From: an uncultured Bacteroidales bacterium
GTDB taxonomy: Bacteria > Bacteroidota > Bacteroidia > Bacteroidales > UBA932
Assembly: GCA_937899055.1 (NCBI GenBank)
Contig: CALBPX010000061.1
Span: forward strand, 48,294-112,293
DNA: 64,000 nucleotides
Direction of reading: 5' to 3'
Shown here: piece after piece, positions 9,219 through 18,200 of the stretch
How the letters are laid out: each line of letters opens with the position of its first letter
Position numbering within the stretch: position 1 is the stretch's first letter
Translations under genes and position numbers: made by a program
The notes under the pieces: model-generated
What the model saw: only the letters and a program-made list of their open reading frames with translations
What the model was told of the DNA's origin: nothing
Databases searched by the model: none

Positions 9219-11846
9219 TTATTTATTCAAGCTTTCTTTGATGCTGTCCAAAGCTGCGGTAATTCCCTCGGCATTTTTTCCGCCTGCGCTTGCAAAGAAG
9301 GGCTGCCCGCCGCCTCCGCCGTTTATGAACTTGGCAGCTGCCCTTATATCCTTTCCTGCATTCATGCCTTTTGCCACAAGGTCGTCTGTGTACATCATAA
9401 CCAGCCCGGGTTTTGCCTCATCGGTTATTCCGGCAGCAAAGACCGTGCTCTTACATTCGCTGCGGAGCATGAAGGCCACGGTCTTGACAAGTTCCATAGG
9501 GAATGCACCTTTTATGCAGATGAAATCTATTCCGTTGATATTCTCGGCAGAATCCCTGGCCCTGTCTTTTATTGCTGCTGCCTTTTCCTTCATCATGTCT
9601 TCTGCCTGCTTTCTGAGCTGCTCATTTTCTGTCAGCATCCTTCTTGCGCTGTCCATTACATTGGGAGCGTTCTTGAAGAGTTCCTTCAGGCTAATCATCA
9701 TGTCCTCAGCCGCATATATCACATCTTCGGCATTCTTTCCGGTGGTGGCCTCTATCCTCCTTACTCCGGCGGCAATGGCGCTTTCGCTGAGTATCTTGAA
9801 ATATCCTATCATGCCGGTGGAAGGGATATGGGTTCCTCCGCAGAACTCTACGCTTTCTCCAAACTTTATGACCCTCACCCTGTCTCCGTACTTTTCGCCG
9901 AACAGGGCTATGGCTCCGAGTTTCCTTGCTTCCTCTATAGGCATGTCCCTCATCTCTTCCTTCCTGATATCCAGACGTATGAGTGAGTTTACCAGCCTCT
10001 CCACTTCTCTGAGTTTATCTGGCTGTACTTTCTCGAAGTGGGAGAAGTCGAACCTGAGTACCTGAGGGCTTACAAACGAACCCTTCTGCTCTATGTGAGT
10101 TCCCAGAATCTTCCTCAGGGCAAAGTCCAGAAGGTGGGTTGCACTGTGGTTGGCAGTGGTGGCCATCCTTTTCTGCTCATCAATCTGTGCGGTAAATTCA
10201 GAATCCACATCTGCCGGAAGTTTTTCTGTAACATGTATGGAAAGTCCGTTTTCCTTTATTGTATTTATTATTGCGATTTTTTCTCCTACGGAGTCTTGTA
10301 TGCATCCGCTGTCTCCTACCTGCCCGCCGCTTTCGGCATAGAAGGGGGTTCTGTCCAAAACTATGTGGAACAGGTCTTTGCCCTTGGTCTTTACTTCTCT
10401 GTAGCGGATGATCTTTACTCCTTCCTCCATGGTGTGGTCATAGCCCGTGAAAACGGACTCTGTTTCAGGACCAGAGACATATACCCAGTCTCCTTCCTTC
10501 TTGGCCTCTGCGTTGCGGCTCCTTTCTTTCTGCTTCTTGAGTTCGGCCTCAAACCCTGGCAGATCTACTTCCAGACCGTTTTCCTTGGCAATCAGCTCAG
10601 TAAGGTCTATAGGAAATCCAAAGGTGTCGTATAATACAAACGCATCTTCTCCCTTTATTGTACGGCTGCCCTCGGTTCTGGATTTTGTAACCAGGTCATC
10701 CATCAGGCGGATGCCTCTTTCAAGGGTGCGCAGGAAGGCATCCTCTTCTTCTTTGATTACCTTGGATATCAGGCCTTCCTGCTTCTGGATTTCGGGGTAG
10801 AAGCTGCCCATCTGATTAACCAGAGTAGGTACAAGTTTATACAGCAGGGGTTCCTTTACGCCAAGGAACGTATAGGCATATCTTACGGCCCTTCTCAGAA
10901 TCCGGCGGATTACATATCCGGCCTTTACGTTGGACGGCAGCTGCCCGTCTGCAATGGAAAAGGTTATGGCTCTTACATGGTCTGCTATTACCCTAATTGC
11001 AATCCGGACTTTCTCGTCGGATGCAGCATAATCCTTTCCGGCAATTTCTCCCACTTTATCCAAAAGAGGGGTGAACACGTCTGTGTCGTAGTTGCTCTTC
11101 TTGCCTTGAAGTGCCATACAGAGCCTTTCGAATCCCATTCCCGTATCTACATTGTTGTGAGGGAGTTTCTCAAGGCTTCCGTCTGCCTTGCGGTTGAACT
11201 GCATGAACACCAGGTTCCATATCTCAATTACCAGAGGGTCAGACTTGTTTACAAGTTCCCTTCCTGGTACGGCGGCTCTTTCAGCATCATCGCGGAGGTC
11301 TATATGGATTTCGCTGCAAGGGCCGCACGGTCCCTGCTCTCCCATCTCCCAGAAGTTATCCTTGCGGCTGCCAAGGAGCACTCTGTCTGCCGGAAGATAT
11401 TTCAGCCAGTTGTCTCTAGCCTCTTCGTCCATACCGAGTCCGTCCGGTTCATAGCCCTCAAATACCGTAGCATACAGCCTGTCCGGATCTATTCCAAAGA
11501 CCTTTGTCAGCAGTTCCCAGCTCCATTCAATGGCCTCTTTCTTGAAGTAGTCTCCAAAGCTCCAGTTGCCCAGCATCTCAAACATCGTATGGTGGTAGGT
11601 ATCATGCCCAACTTCTTCAAGGTCATTATGTTTTCCGCTTACCCTAAGGCACTTTTGCGAATCCGCCGCCCTCTTTGCAAATGGAGCGGCATTACCCAGG
11701 AATATATCCTTGAACTGATTCATTCCGGCGTTTGTAAACATCAGGGTAGGGTCATTCTTTACAACCATCGGTGCACTTGGCACAATTGCGTGCTCCTTGC
11801 TTCTGAAAAACTCCAGGAACGTTTCTCTTATCTTTCTTGATTCCAT
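9219..11846 (-). CDS. alaS: alanine--tRNA ligase
   Basis: 875 aa. [11 protein letters not shown], class II core, editing-domain HxxxH (HSATHLL) and CGGTH motifs, C-terminal DHHA1-like GGGGGQ region. Confidence 0.97.
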   Translation of the reverse strand: MESRKIRETFLEFFRSKEHAIVPSAPMVVKNDPTLMFTNAGMNQFKDIFLGNAAPFAKRAADSQKCLRVSGKHNDLEEVGHDTYHHTMFEMLGNWSFGDYFKKEAIEWSWELLTKVFGIDPDRLYATVFEGYEPDGLGMDEEARDNWLKYLPADRVLLGSRKDNFWEMGEQGPCGPCSEIHIDLRDDAERAAVPGRELVNKSDPLVIEIWNLVFMQFNRKADGSLEKLPHNNVDTGMGFERLCMALQGKKSNYDTDVFTPLLDKVGEIAGKDYAASDEKVRIAIRVIADHVRAITFSIADGQLPSNVKAGYVIRRILRRAVRYAYTFLGVKEPLLYKLVPTLVNQMGSFYPEIQKQEGLISKVIKEEEDAFLRTLERGIRLMDDLVTKSRTEGSRTIKGEDAFVLYDTFGFPIDLTELIAKENGLEVDLPGFEAELKKQKERSRNAEAKKEGDWVYVSGPETESVFTGYDHTMEEGVKIIRYREVKTKGKDLFHIVLDRTPFYAESGGQVGDSGCIQDSVGEKIAIINTIKENGLSIHVTEKLPADVDSEFTAQIDEQKRMATTANHSATHLLDFALRKILGTHIEQKGSFVSPQVLRFDFSHFEKVQPDKLREVERLVNSLIRLDIRKEEMRDMPIEEARKLGAIALFGEKYGDRVRVIKFGESVEFCGGTHIPSTGMIGYFKILSESAIAAGVRRIEATTGKNAEDVIYAAEDMMISLKELFKNAPNVMDSARRMLTENEQLRKQAEDMMKEKAAAIKDRARDSAENINGIDFICIKGAFPMELVKTVAFMLRSECKSTVFAAGITDEAKPGLVMMYTDDLVAKGMNAGKDIRAAAKFINGGGGGQPFFASAGGKNAEGITAALDSIKESLNK

Positions 11847-11847
11847 A

Positions 11848-11895
11848 TAATCAACAACTTAAATAATCAACAAGTTAAACAATCAACAAGTCAAA
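11848..11895 (-). repeat. three tandem 16-nt repeats in the alaS 5' leader, abutting the start codon
   Basis: Plus strand: TAATCAACAACTTAAA / TAATCAACAAGTTAAA / CAATCAACAAGTCAAA. The alaS ATG is at 11846..11844. Confidence 0.9.
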
Positions 11896-11950
11896 CTTCA
11901 ATTTTACAGCCAAAAAAGTTCAGCATTGCCGACAACTAGGCATAATCGTA

Positions 11951-11958
11951 CAAAAATA
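11951..11958 (-). promoter_or_regulatory. -7 box TATTTTTG for alaS
   Basis: Reverse complement of CAAAAATA. Implies a ~95-100 nt alaS leader containing the three 16-nt repeats. Confidence 0.35.
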
Positions 11959-12087
11959 ATATTTATTACCGAATAATGATACTATCGTATTGACACCGTG
12001 GTGCGGAATCCTGGATCCGATACAAAAGGTTCCTTTCGTTGCTGCGCCATTTTTTTGTTAATTGCGGGAGTTAAAGGATTTCTTGAT

Positions 12088-12095
12088 TAAATTTG
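12088..12095 (+). promoter_or_regulatory. -7 box TAAATTTG for the MerR-Nif3 operon
   Basis: Exact TAnnTTTG. 6 nt before ATG 12102. Confidence 0.45.
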
Positions 12096-12101
12096 CAAGG
12101 T

Positions 12102-12515
12102 ATGGAAGAAGGCAGCAAACTATATTACACAGTAGGAGATGTTTCCAAGATTCTCGGCGAGAACGCATCTCTCGTAAGGTTCTGGTCTGACCAGTTCGGG
12201 CAGTTCATAAAACCTGTAAGGAACAAGAAGGGTAACCGCTTTTTTACTCAGAAAGACATAGGTACGTTCAAGATGATTCATCATCTGGTCAAGGAAAGCG
12301 GAATGACGCTGGAAGGTGCCCGTCTGAGGCTCAAGCAAAACCTCTCCGGTGCCGACAGCAAACTGGAGGTCATAGAAAAACTTAGGTCCATCAGGGCCAG
12401 GCTTGTGGCCGTAATGCAGGATCAGGAAGATCCTGAGGATGGCTCCGAGGAGGGTCTGGACGAAGGTCCTGATATGAGTGTGGCGGAGAATCCTGCAGAA
12501 AAGGAGGTTGAATAA
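12102..12515 (+). CDS. MerR family transcriptional regulator
   Basis: YYTVGDVSKILGENASLVRFWSDQFGQFIKPVRNKKGNRFFTQKDI is a MerR-type wHTH. The track ORF begins at TTG 12093, but ATG 12102 lies 6 nt after a TAAATTTG box. Confidence 0.8.
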   Translation: MEEGSKLYYTVGDVSKILGENASLVRFWSDQFGQFIKPVRNKKGNRFFTQKDIGTFKMIHHLVKESGMTLEGARLRLKQNLSGADSKLEVIEKLRSIRARLVAVMQDQEDPEDGSEEGLDEGPDMSVAENPAEKEVE

Positions 12516-12516
12516 T

Positions 12517-13302
12517 ATGGCAGACAAGGTTTTTAAGGTAAAGGCCGCCGATATCGCTGAGGCTATTGAAGAGTTTGCACCTGTTTCCACTCAGGCCGAG
12601 TGGGATAACAGCGGTTTTACAGCGGGCAATCCTTCCGCAGAGGTTTCCAAGGCACTGGTTGCCCTTAACTGTTCTCTTGAGGTGATGCAGGAGGCCGTGG
12701 AAAAGGGTTGCGACATGGTAGTTACCCACCATCCGCTGATTGTCCATAAGCCTCTTCTTTCCATTTTGGAAGGGGATGTGAGGTCTGACACCATAATGCT
12801 TGCAGTCAGGTCCGGAATAACGGTTTATTCTTCTCATACCCCTCTGGACAGGGCCTGCGGAGGTCTGAATGACATTATGGCTCAGCGATTGGGTCTTGGG
12901 AATATTGAGCTTTTAGGTTCGGACGGGTTTTCAAGGGTTGGTGTCCTTGCAAGGCCTGTGGGGTGCAAGGCATTCATAGACAAGGTAAAGAAAGCCTTCG
13001 AGGCTCCTGTCATCCGTTGCTCCAGGCCTCTGAGGGAGAAAATCCGCAAGGTTGCCGTAAGCAGCGGCGGCGGGCAGGGCGCCATTGCAGATGCAGTCTG
13101 CGCCGGAGCTCAGGTTTTGGTAACAGGGGACGTGACGCATCATAATTTCTACACGCCGGACGGGTTTATGGTAATTGACATAGGGCATCATTATTCGGAA
13201 CTTTGTGCAATGCAGCTCCTGAAATCAATTATTCAGAAAAATTTTCCTAAATTTGCCGTCCTATTGAGCGAGGCAGACAAAAGCCCGATATTTTATTTTT
13301 GA
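12517..13302 (+). CDS. Nif3-like dinuclear metal centre protein (GTP cyclohydrolase 1 type 2 homologue)
   Basis: WDNSGF, MVVTHHPLIV, VTGDVTHH and IDIGHHYSE motifs. ATG 12517 follows the merR stop by 1 nt. Confidence 0.85.
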   Translation: MADKVFKVKAADIAEAIEEFAPVSTQAEWDNSGFTAGNPSAEVSKALVALNCSLEVMQEAVEKGCDMVVTHHPLIVHKPLLSILEGDVRSDTIMLAVRSGITVYSSHTPLDRACGGLNDIMAQRLGLGNIELLGSDGFSRVGVLARPVGCKAFIDKVKKAFEAPVIRCSRPLREKIRKVAVSSGGGQGAIADAVCAGAQVLVTGDVTHHNFYTPDGFMVIDIGHHYSELCAMQLLKSIIQKNFPKFAVLLSEADKSPIFYF

Positions 13303-13303
13303 T

Positions 13304-14173
13304 ATGGCAACAACAAAGAATAAGAAAACCAATCCTGCAGTGAGCGGTGAAACCTTTACATCGCTGCAGATTTCAACCAAGAATGCAGATGCTGCGGAGA
13401 TGGAACGTAAACTCCATCTTCTGTATCAACTTCAGCAGACAGATTCCAAGATAGACGCTATTTACCTGCTCAGGGGAGAACTTCCGCTGGAGGTGAGAGA
13501 CCTTGAGGACGAGGTAGCCGGCCTGAAGACCAAACAGGCCGCTGTCCAGAAGGAAATCAAGGAAATAGAGGGCTTTATCGCCGACAAGAAAAACGAGATG
13601 GAAGAGCGGAGGCTCTCTATCAAGAAGTATGAGCAGCAGCGCAACGAGGCTCGCAACAGCCGCGAGTTCGAATCGCTCTCCAAGGAGATAGAGTTCCAGC
13701 AGCTGGAGGTGCAGCTGGCAGAAAAGAGAGCCAACGAAGGCACCAAGAAGCTGGTGGAAAAGAAAGAGGAACTTGCACTCATCGCCGAGGAAATGAAGGG
13801 CCGTCAGACAGACCTTGAAAACAAGCAGAAGGAGCTGGAAAACATTGAGAAAGAGACGGAAAGGGAAGAAGAGCAGCTTCGTCAGGTTAGTGCCGGTTAT
13901 CAGGAGCAACTGGATGCCAGAATGTTGGCCGCATACGAAAAGGTAAGAGGAAATGTACGCAACAAGATGGCCGTAGTTACCGTTGTAAGAGGTGCTTGCG
14001 GCGGTTGCTTCAACAAGATTCCTCCGCAGAGGGAGATAGACATAGACGAGAGCCGTAAGATTGTAGTTTGCGAATATTGCGGAAGAATACTTGTAAGCTC
14101 AAGGTTTGCTGAGGAAGATTCCGCACCTGCATCTGAGGAAAAGACTGCAAAGAAGGCTGCAAAGAAAAAGTGA
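13304..14173 (+). CDS. coiled-coil / C4 zinc-ribbon protein (COG1579-like), the usual Nif3 partner
   Basis: Long heptad-rich E/K/Q region, then CGGCFNKIPPQ...VVCEYCGRIL zinc ribbon. Conserved position after Nif3. Confidence 0.7.
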   Translation: MATTKNKKTNPAVSGETFTSLQISTKNADAAEMERKLHLLYQLQQTDSKIDAIYLLRGELPLEVRDLEDEVAGLKTKQAAVQKEIKEIEGFIADKKNEMEERRLSIKKYEQQRNEARNSREFESLSKEIEFQQLEVQLAEKRANEGTKKLVEKKEELALIAEEMKGRQTDLENKQKELENIEKETEREEEQLRQVSAGYQEQLDARMLAAYEKVRGNVRNKMAVVTVVRGACGGCFNKIPPQREIDIDESRKIVVCEYCGRILVSSRFAEEDSAPASEEKTAKKAAKKK

Positions 14174-14174
14174 T

Positions 14175-15371
14175 ATGGAGAGCAGGTCCTATACATTAAG
14201 GGATCTCTTCTTCAGGCACGTAGGACAGACATCCTCTTCCCCGCTTGGATTATCCATAGTAAGGGCGGAGGGTGTCTTTTTATATTCGGAAGACAAGAGA
14301 TACCTCGACTTCATTTCCGGAGTTTCCGTAAGCAATGTTGGGCATTGCCGCAGGGAGGTGGTTGAGGCCATTGCCCGGCAGGCGGAAAACTATGCCCACC
14401 TGATGGTTTACGGCGAAATGATAGAATCTCCGCAAGTGCTTCACGCCAAGCTCCTTACATCTATACTGCCGGAGTCTTTGGACTGCGTGTACTATGTAAA
14501 CAGCGGAAGCGAAGCAAACGAGGCGGCCATAAAACTTGCAAAGCGGATTACAGGAAGGAGGCATCTGGTATCTTGCCGTAACGCCTATCATGGAAGCACT
14601 CAGGGGGCCCTTAGCCTGATGGACAGCGAGGATTTCAAAAATTCTTTCAGGCCGTTGCTTCCCATGGTAGAACATATTGTGTTCAACGATATGGATTCTC
14701 TTTCGGTCATATCTGATCAGACGGCGGCAGTCATAATAGAGCCGGTTCAGGGAGAAGGCGGTGTGCAGATACCCGTACCCGGATTTTTGGAGGCCCTCCG
14801 GAAAAGATGCAATGAAACCGGAGCGCTTCTGATATTTGACGAGGTGCAGACCGGATTCGGCCGCACCGGAAAGATGTTTGCCTTCCAGAAGTTTGGAGTG
14901 GTCCCCGATATCCTGACGCTTGCGAAGGCACTCGGAGGCGGTATGCCGCTGGGAGCCATGGTGACATCGCAGCAGAAGATGAGCTTCTGGCAGACGGATC
15001 CTCCGCTGGGACATATTACAACCTTCGGAGGACATCCGGTAAGCTGTGCGGCAGCCCTGGCATCGCTGAGGCTGCTGCTGGAAAAAGACTGGGTGGGGGA
15101 TGTAGATAGAAAATCAAAAAAAATTTATGATGCGCTGATATCTCATCCTGCTGTAAAAGAGATACGTGCGGCCGGACTTCTGCTGGCCGTGGATTTGGGC
15201 GATGCGGAGAAGGCAAAAAAAGTGCTATATTTACTACTCGATGAGGGAGTGATTACGGACTGGTTCCTTTTCCAACCTACATCGTTCAGGATAGCACCTC
15301 CGCTTTGCATTACAGATGAGGAACTTGACCTTGGAATTGATGCGGTCAGGAGGGCGTTGGACAAACTTTAG
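14175..15371 (+). CDS. class III pyridoxal-phosphate aminotransferase (acetylornithine/ornithine aminotransferase-like)
   Basis: SGSEANEAAIKLAK, DEVQTGFGRTGKMFAFQ, TLAKALGGGMPLGA (Schiff-base Lys context). ATG 14175 directly follows the upstream stop. Confidence 0.85.
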   Translation: MESRSYTLRDLFFRHVGQTSSSPLGLSIVRAEGVFLYSEDKRYLDFISGVSVSNVGHCRREVVEAIARQAENYAHLMVYGEMIESPQVLHAKLLTSILPESLDCVYYVNSGSEANEAAIKLAKRITGRRHLVSCRNAYHGSTQGALSLMDSEDFKNSFRPLLPMVEHIVFNDMDSLSVISDQTAAVIIEPVQGEGGVQIPVPGFLEALRKRCNETGALLIFDEVQTGFGRTGKMFAFQKFGVVPDILTLAKALGGGMPLGAMVTSQQKMSFWQTDPPLGHITTFGGHPVSCAAALASLRLLLEKDWVGDVDRKSKKIYDALISHPAVKEIRAAGLLLAVDLGDAEKAKKVLYLLLDEGVITDWFLFQPTSFRIAPPLCITDEELDLGIDAVRRALDKL

Positions 15372-15377
15372 GAGACT

Positions 15378-16883
15378 ATGGCAAAGACTGTAAGAAACAA
15401 AAAAGGCGAGGTTGACCTTGAGGTGAGCGCCCTGGAACATGGAGTGAAGGTTCCGCAGGCTCCGGAGGTGGAGGCTTCCGTTCTGGGAGCCATGATGTTG
15501 GATCAGGACATTGTGGAGGAACTTATGACGGTTCTCCAGGAGGAGTGCTTTTACAAACCGGAAAACAGAATGATATTCAAGGCCATAAGCCAACTCAGCG
15601 CAGCTTCCCGTCCAGTGGATATGATGACTGTTGCAGACCGTCTGAAATTCAACGGCGATTTTGACGCCAGCGGAGGGCTGGACTATCTTACCCGCCTTAC
15701 TTCCGATATCGGAGCCGCGGTTCATGTGAACTATTATGCAAAGATTCTGGTTGACAAGTTCATTCAGAGAGAAATGATTTCTATCACAAACGATTCTCTC
15801 CGCAAGTCATACGACGAGAGCGAGCCTGTTGACGATCTTCTGAACTCTTTGCAGCAGAAGCTGTTCGATTTGTCTGAAAAGAACATGAGCCGCAAGGAGC
15901 AGACAATTTCGGATATCATAACAAACAAGCTCCGTAATCTGGAAGAACTTCAGACAAAGGAGGGCGGTCAGACAGGTCTTCAGAGCGGCTATATGGCTTT
16001 GGACAAGGTTACCTTCGGATGGCATCCGTCAGACCTTGTAATCATTGCCGGCCGTCCTGGAATGGGAAAGACGGCGTTCGTGCTTACTATGGCCCGCAAC
16101 ATGGCCGTTGACTTTAACATTCCTATTGCGTTCTTTTCTCTGGAACAGGCTCCTACGCAGCTGATAGAAAGGCTTTTGGTTGCTGAGTCCGGCCTTCCTT
16201 CAGAAAAGATTAAAGGAAGTGTAAAGATGACTCAGGCAGACTGGACTCAGCTCGACGACAGCATCAAGCGTCTGGTTGAGGCTCCAATCTACATAGACGA
16301 CACTCCTTCGCTTCCCATTGTGGATTTGAGGGCCAAGGCCCGCAGGCTTGTAAAGAGCAGCGGCGTAAAGCTCATCATCATAGACTACCTCCAGCTGATG
16401 ACCGGAAGCAAGGAACTCAAGGGCAACCGCGAGCAGGAAGTTGCCGAGATTTCCAGATCGCTGAAGGCAATTGCTAAGGAGCTGGATGTTCCGGTAATTG
16501 CCCTGGCACAGCTCAGCCGTCAGGCAGAGTCAGCCACCGGAGGCCAGAAGAAACCTCAGCTTACCCACCTCAGGGAATCCGGAGCCATAGAGCAGGATGC
16601 CGATATAGTTCTCTTTCTGCATCGCCCTGAGTATTACGGCCTTGAAGATTTGAATGTAGAGCCCGGACTGACAGATGTCATCATTGCCAAGCACCGTAAC
16701 GGAGCTACCGGCGAAGTGCAGCTCAAGTTCATTGCATCGCAGATGAAATTTGTTGACCGTAACGATTTCTACGCTTCCATGCCTCCTTCTGCTCCGTCTC
16801 CTATTTCCTACCAGTCCAGAATCAATTCGGGCGGATATGATGATTTTGTCACCACTCCGGAAGATGAATATGACCCTATGTAG
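15378..16883 (+). CDS. dnaB: replicative DNA helicase DnaB
   Basis: PQAPEVEASVLGAMMLD N-domain, Walker A GRPGMGKTAF, IIDYLQLM, LRESGAIEQDADIV. About 45 aa low-complexity C-terminal tail. Confidence 0.95.
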   Translation: MAKTVRNKKGEVDLEVSALEHGVKVPQAPEVEASVLGAMMLDQDIVEELMTVLQEECFYKPENRMIFKAISQLSAASRPVDMMTVADRLKFNGDFDASGGLDYLTRLTSDIGAAVHVNYYAKILVDKFIQREMISITNDSLRKSYDESEPVDDLLNSLQQKLFDLSEKNMSRKEQTISDIITNKLRNLEELQTKEGGQTGLQSGYMALDKVTFGWHPSDLVIIAGRPGMGKTAFVLTMARNMAVDFNIPIAFFSLEQAPTQLIERLLVAESGLPSEKIKGSVKMTQADWTQLDDSIKRLVEAPIYIDDTPSLPIVDLRAKARRLVKSSGVKLIIIDYLQLMTGSKELKGNREQEVAEISRSLKAIAKELDVPVIALAQLSRQAESATGGQKKPQLTHLRESGAIEQDADIVLFLHRPEYYGLEDLNVEPGLTDVIIAKHRNGATGEVQLKFIASQMKFVDRNDFYASMPPSAPSPISYQSRINSGGYDDFVTTPEDEYDPM

Positions 16884-16938
16884 TCCGGTGTGGCAGAATA
16901 TTTGAACTTGTATAGATGAATCAATAAAAACTACGGAT

Positions 16939-17733
16939 ATGAAATTTAGACATTTGCTGACTCTGATTTCCTTGTTTGTCTTCTGCGGGGCTGTTTATGC
17001 CCAGGAAAACAACGACTATCCCTTCAAATCTGGAGAGAGGCTGGACTTTGTTATGAACTATACATGGGGCAACGTTATAACTGACGTAGGCAGTGCAACT
17101 TGCGTAACTACATACGCAGACGGCAAGTACAATATCCTGCTTACCGGAAAGACTTACCGGTTCTTTGATACGTTCTTCAAGGTCAGAGAACGGTTTGAGG
17201 CAAGGTTCTATGAAGACTCGTTCCGGCCGCTCAGGTTCCACAGAGAGGCTTCGGAGGGTAAGTATTACATGAACAATACCCTGACATTCAACAAGAACCT
17301 TTCAATATCAAGCAGAACCCAGAAGAAGAACCGCGAGCCTGTTGACACCCTTCTGAGCGGAAGTGTAAACACAATGGATCTGCTCACCCTCTTCTTCAAG
17401 TACCGTACTATGGACTTCTCCGAATCCAGCATCGGAGTAAAGAAACCTCTGGAATTTGTCATAGACAAGGAAATATACAACCTTTACTTCATTTATCTGG
17501 GCAAGGAAAAGAAAAGAGTTCCCGGGGCAGGTACTTTCAACACCATGAAGTTTGCAGCTAAGGTGGTGGCAGGCAATGTGTTTGACGGTAAGGAAGACTT
17601 GCTTATCTGGGTTACTGACGACCAGAACAAAATTCCGGTATTCTTTGAATCGCCTGTGATTGTGGGCAAGGTCCAGGGCCGTGTAAGCTCCATAACAGGA
17701 AACAAATATCCTCTCACCTCAAAGATCAAGTAA
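16939..17733 (+). CDS. DUF3108-like secreted protein
   Basis: Signal peptide (LISLFVFCGAVYAQ). GERLDFVMNYTWGNVITDVGSA block resembles the DUF3108 N-terminal signature. 264 aa. Confidence 0.5.
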   Translation: MKFRHLLTLISLFVFCGAVYAQENNDYPFKSGERLDFVMNYTWGNVITDVGSATCVTTYADGKYNILLTGKTYRFFDTFFKVRERFEARFYEDSFRPLRFHREASEGKYYMNNTLTFNKNLSISSRTQKKNREPVDTLLSGSVNTMDLLTLFFKYRTMDFSESSIGVKKPLEFVIDKEIYNLYFIYLGKEKKRVPGAGTFNTMKFAAKVVAGNVFDGKEDLLIWVTDDQNKIPVFFESPVIVGKVQGRVSSITGNKYPLTSKIK

Positions 17734-17757
17734 GGTCAGGTCTTTATTTTTATCGCG

Positions 17758-18189
17758 ATGAAAAAAGGTGTAATAGCTCACGATGGAGTGATATGTGAAG
17801 TGACATCTTGGGGCTACAGGGTTTCCATTGTGTCTAAAAGCGCCTGTGCGGCCTGTCATGCCAAGGGACTGTGCTCTGCGTCTGAAATGTCGGACAAAAT
17901 CATTGATGTTAAGGACGCCGATACATCAAGGTTCAGGTTAGGAGATCAGGTCTGCGTGAATCTTGAAGAGAAAATGGGAATGAGGGCAGTCTGGCTGGTT
18001 TACGCCATTCCTGCGTTAATTTTAGTAACATTTTTGTTATATTTGCAACGTTTGGGCGTAAGCGAACTGGCTACAGGATTGAGTGTTTTGGGTGCTTTGG
18101 CCCTGTACTTTCTGATATTGATGATTTTCAGGAAGCGGATAGGCCGTCAATTCAATTTTGTGCTTACTCCCAAGGATAAGGACAACTAA
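17758..18189 (+). CDS. rseC: RseC/MucC (SoxR-reducing system) family protein
   Basis: N-terminal Cys cluster SACAACHAKGLC followed by two TM helices. Canonical position directly upstream of rnfB. Confidence 0.7.
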   Translation: MKKGVIAHDGVICEVTSWGYRVSIVSKSACAACHAKGLCSASEMSDKIIDVKDADTSRFRLGDQVCVNLEEKMGMRAVWLVYAIPALILVTFLLYLQRLGVSELATGLSVLGALALYFLILMIFRKRIGRQFNFVLTPKDKDN

Positions 18190-18200
18190 CAATTAACTAA

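Noticed and set aside
11848-11895. Considered whether the tandem repeats here, at 19021..19190 or at 59761..59946 could be a CRISPR array.
   Set aside because: The units are directly adjacent with no unique spacers. Two of the tracts are in-frame coding repeats. No cas genes are present.
18038-18045. Perfect TATATTTG -7 box inside the rseC coding region, about 155 nt upstream of rnfB. Possible internal promoter.
   Set aside because: It falls in a TM-helix-coding, T-rich stretch (LLYLQRLG) where the motif can arise by chance. There is no -33 TTTG at proper spacing. It cannot be supported without TSS data.
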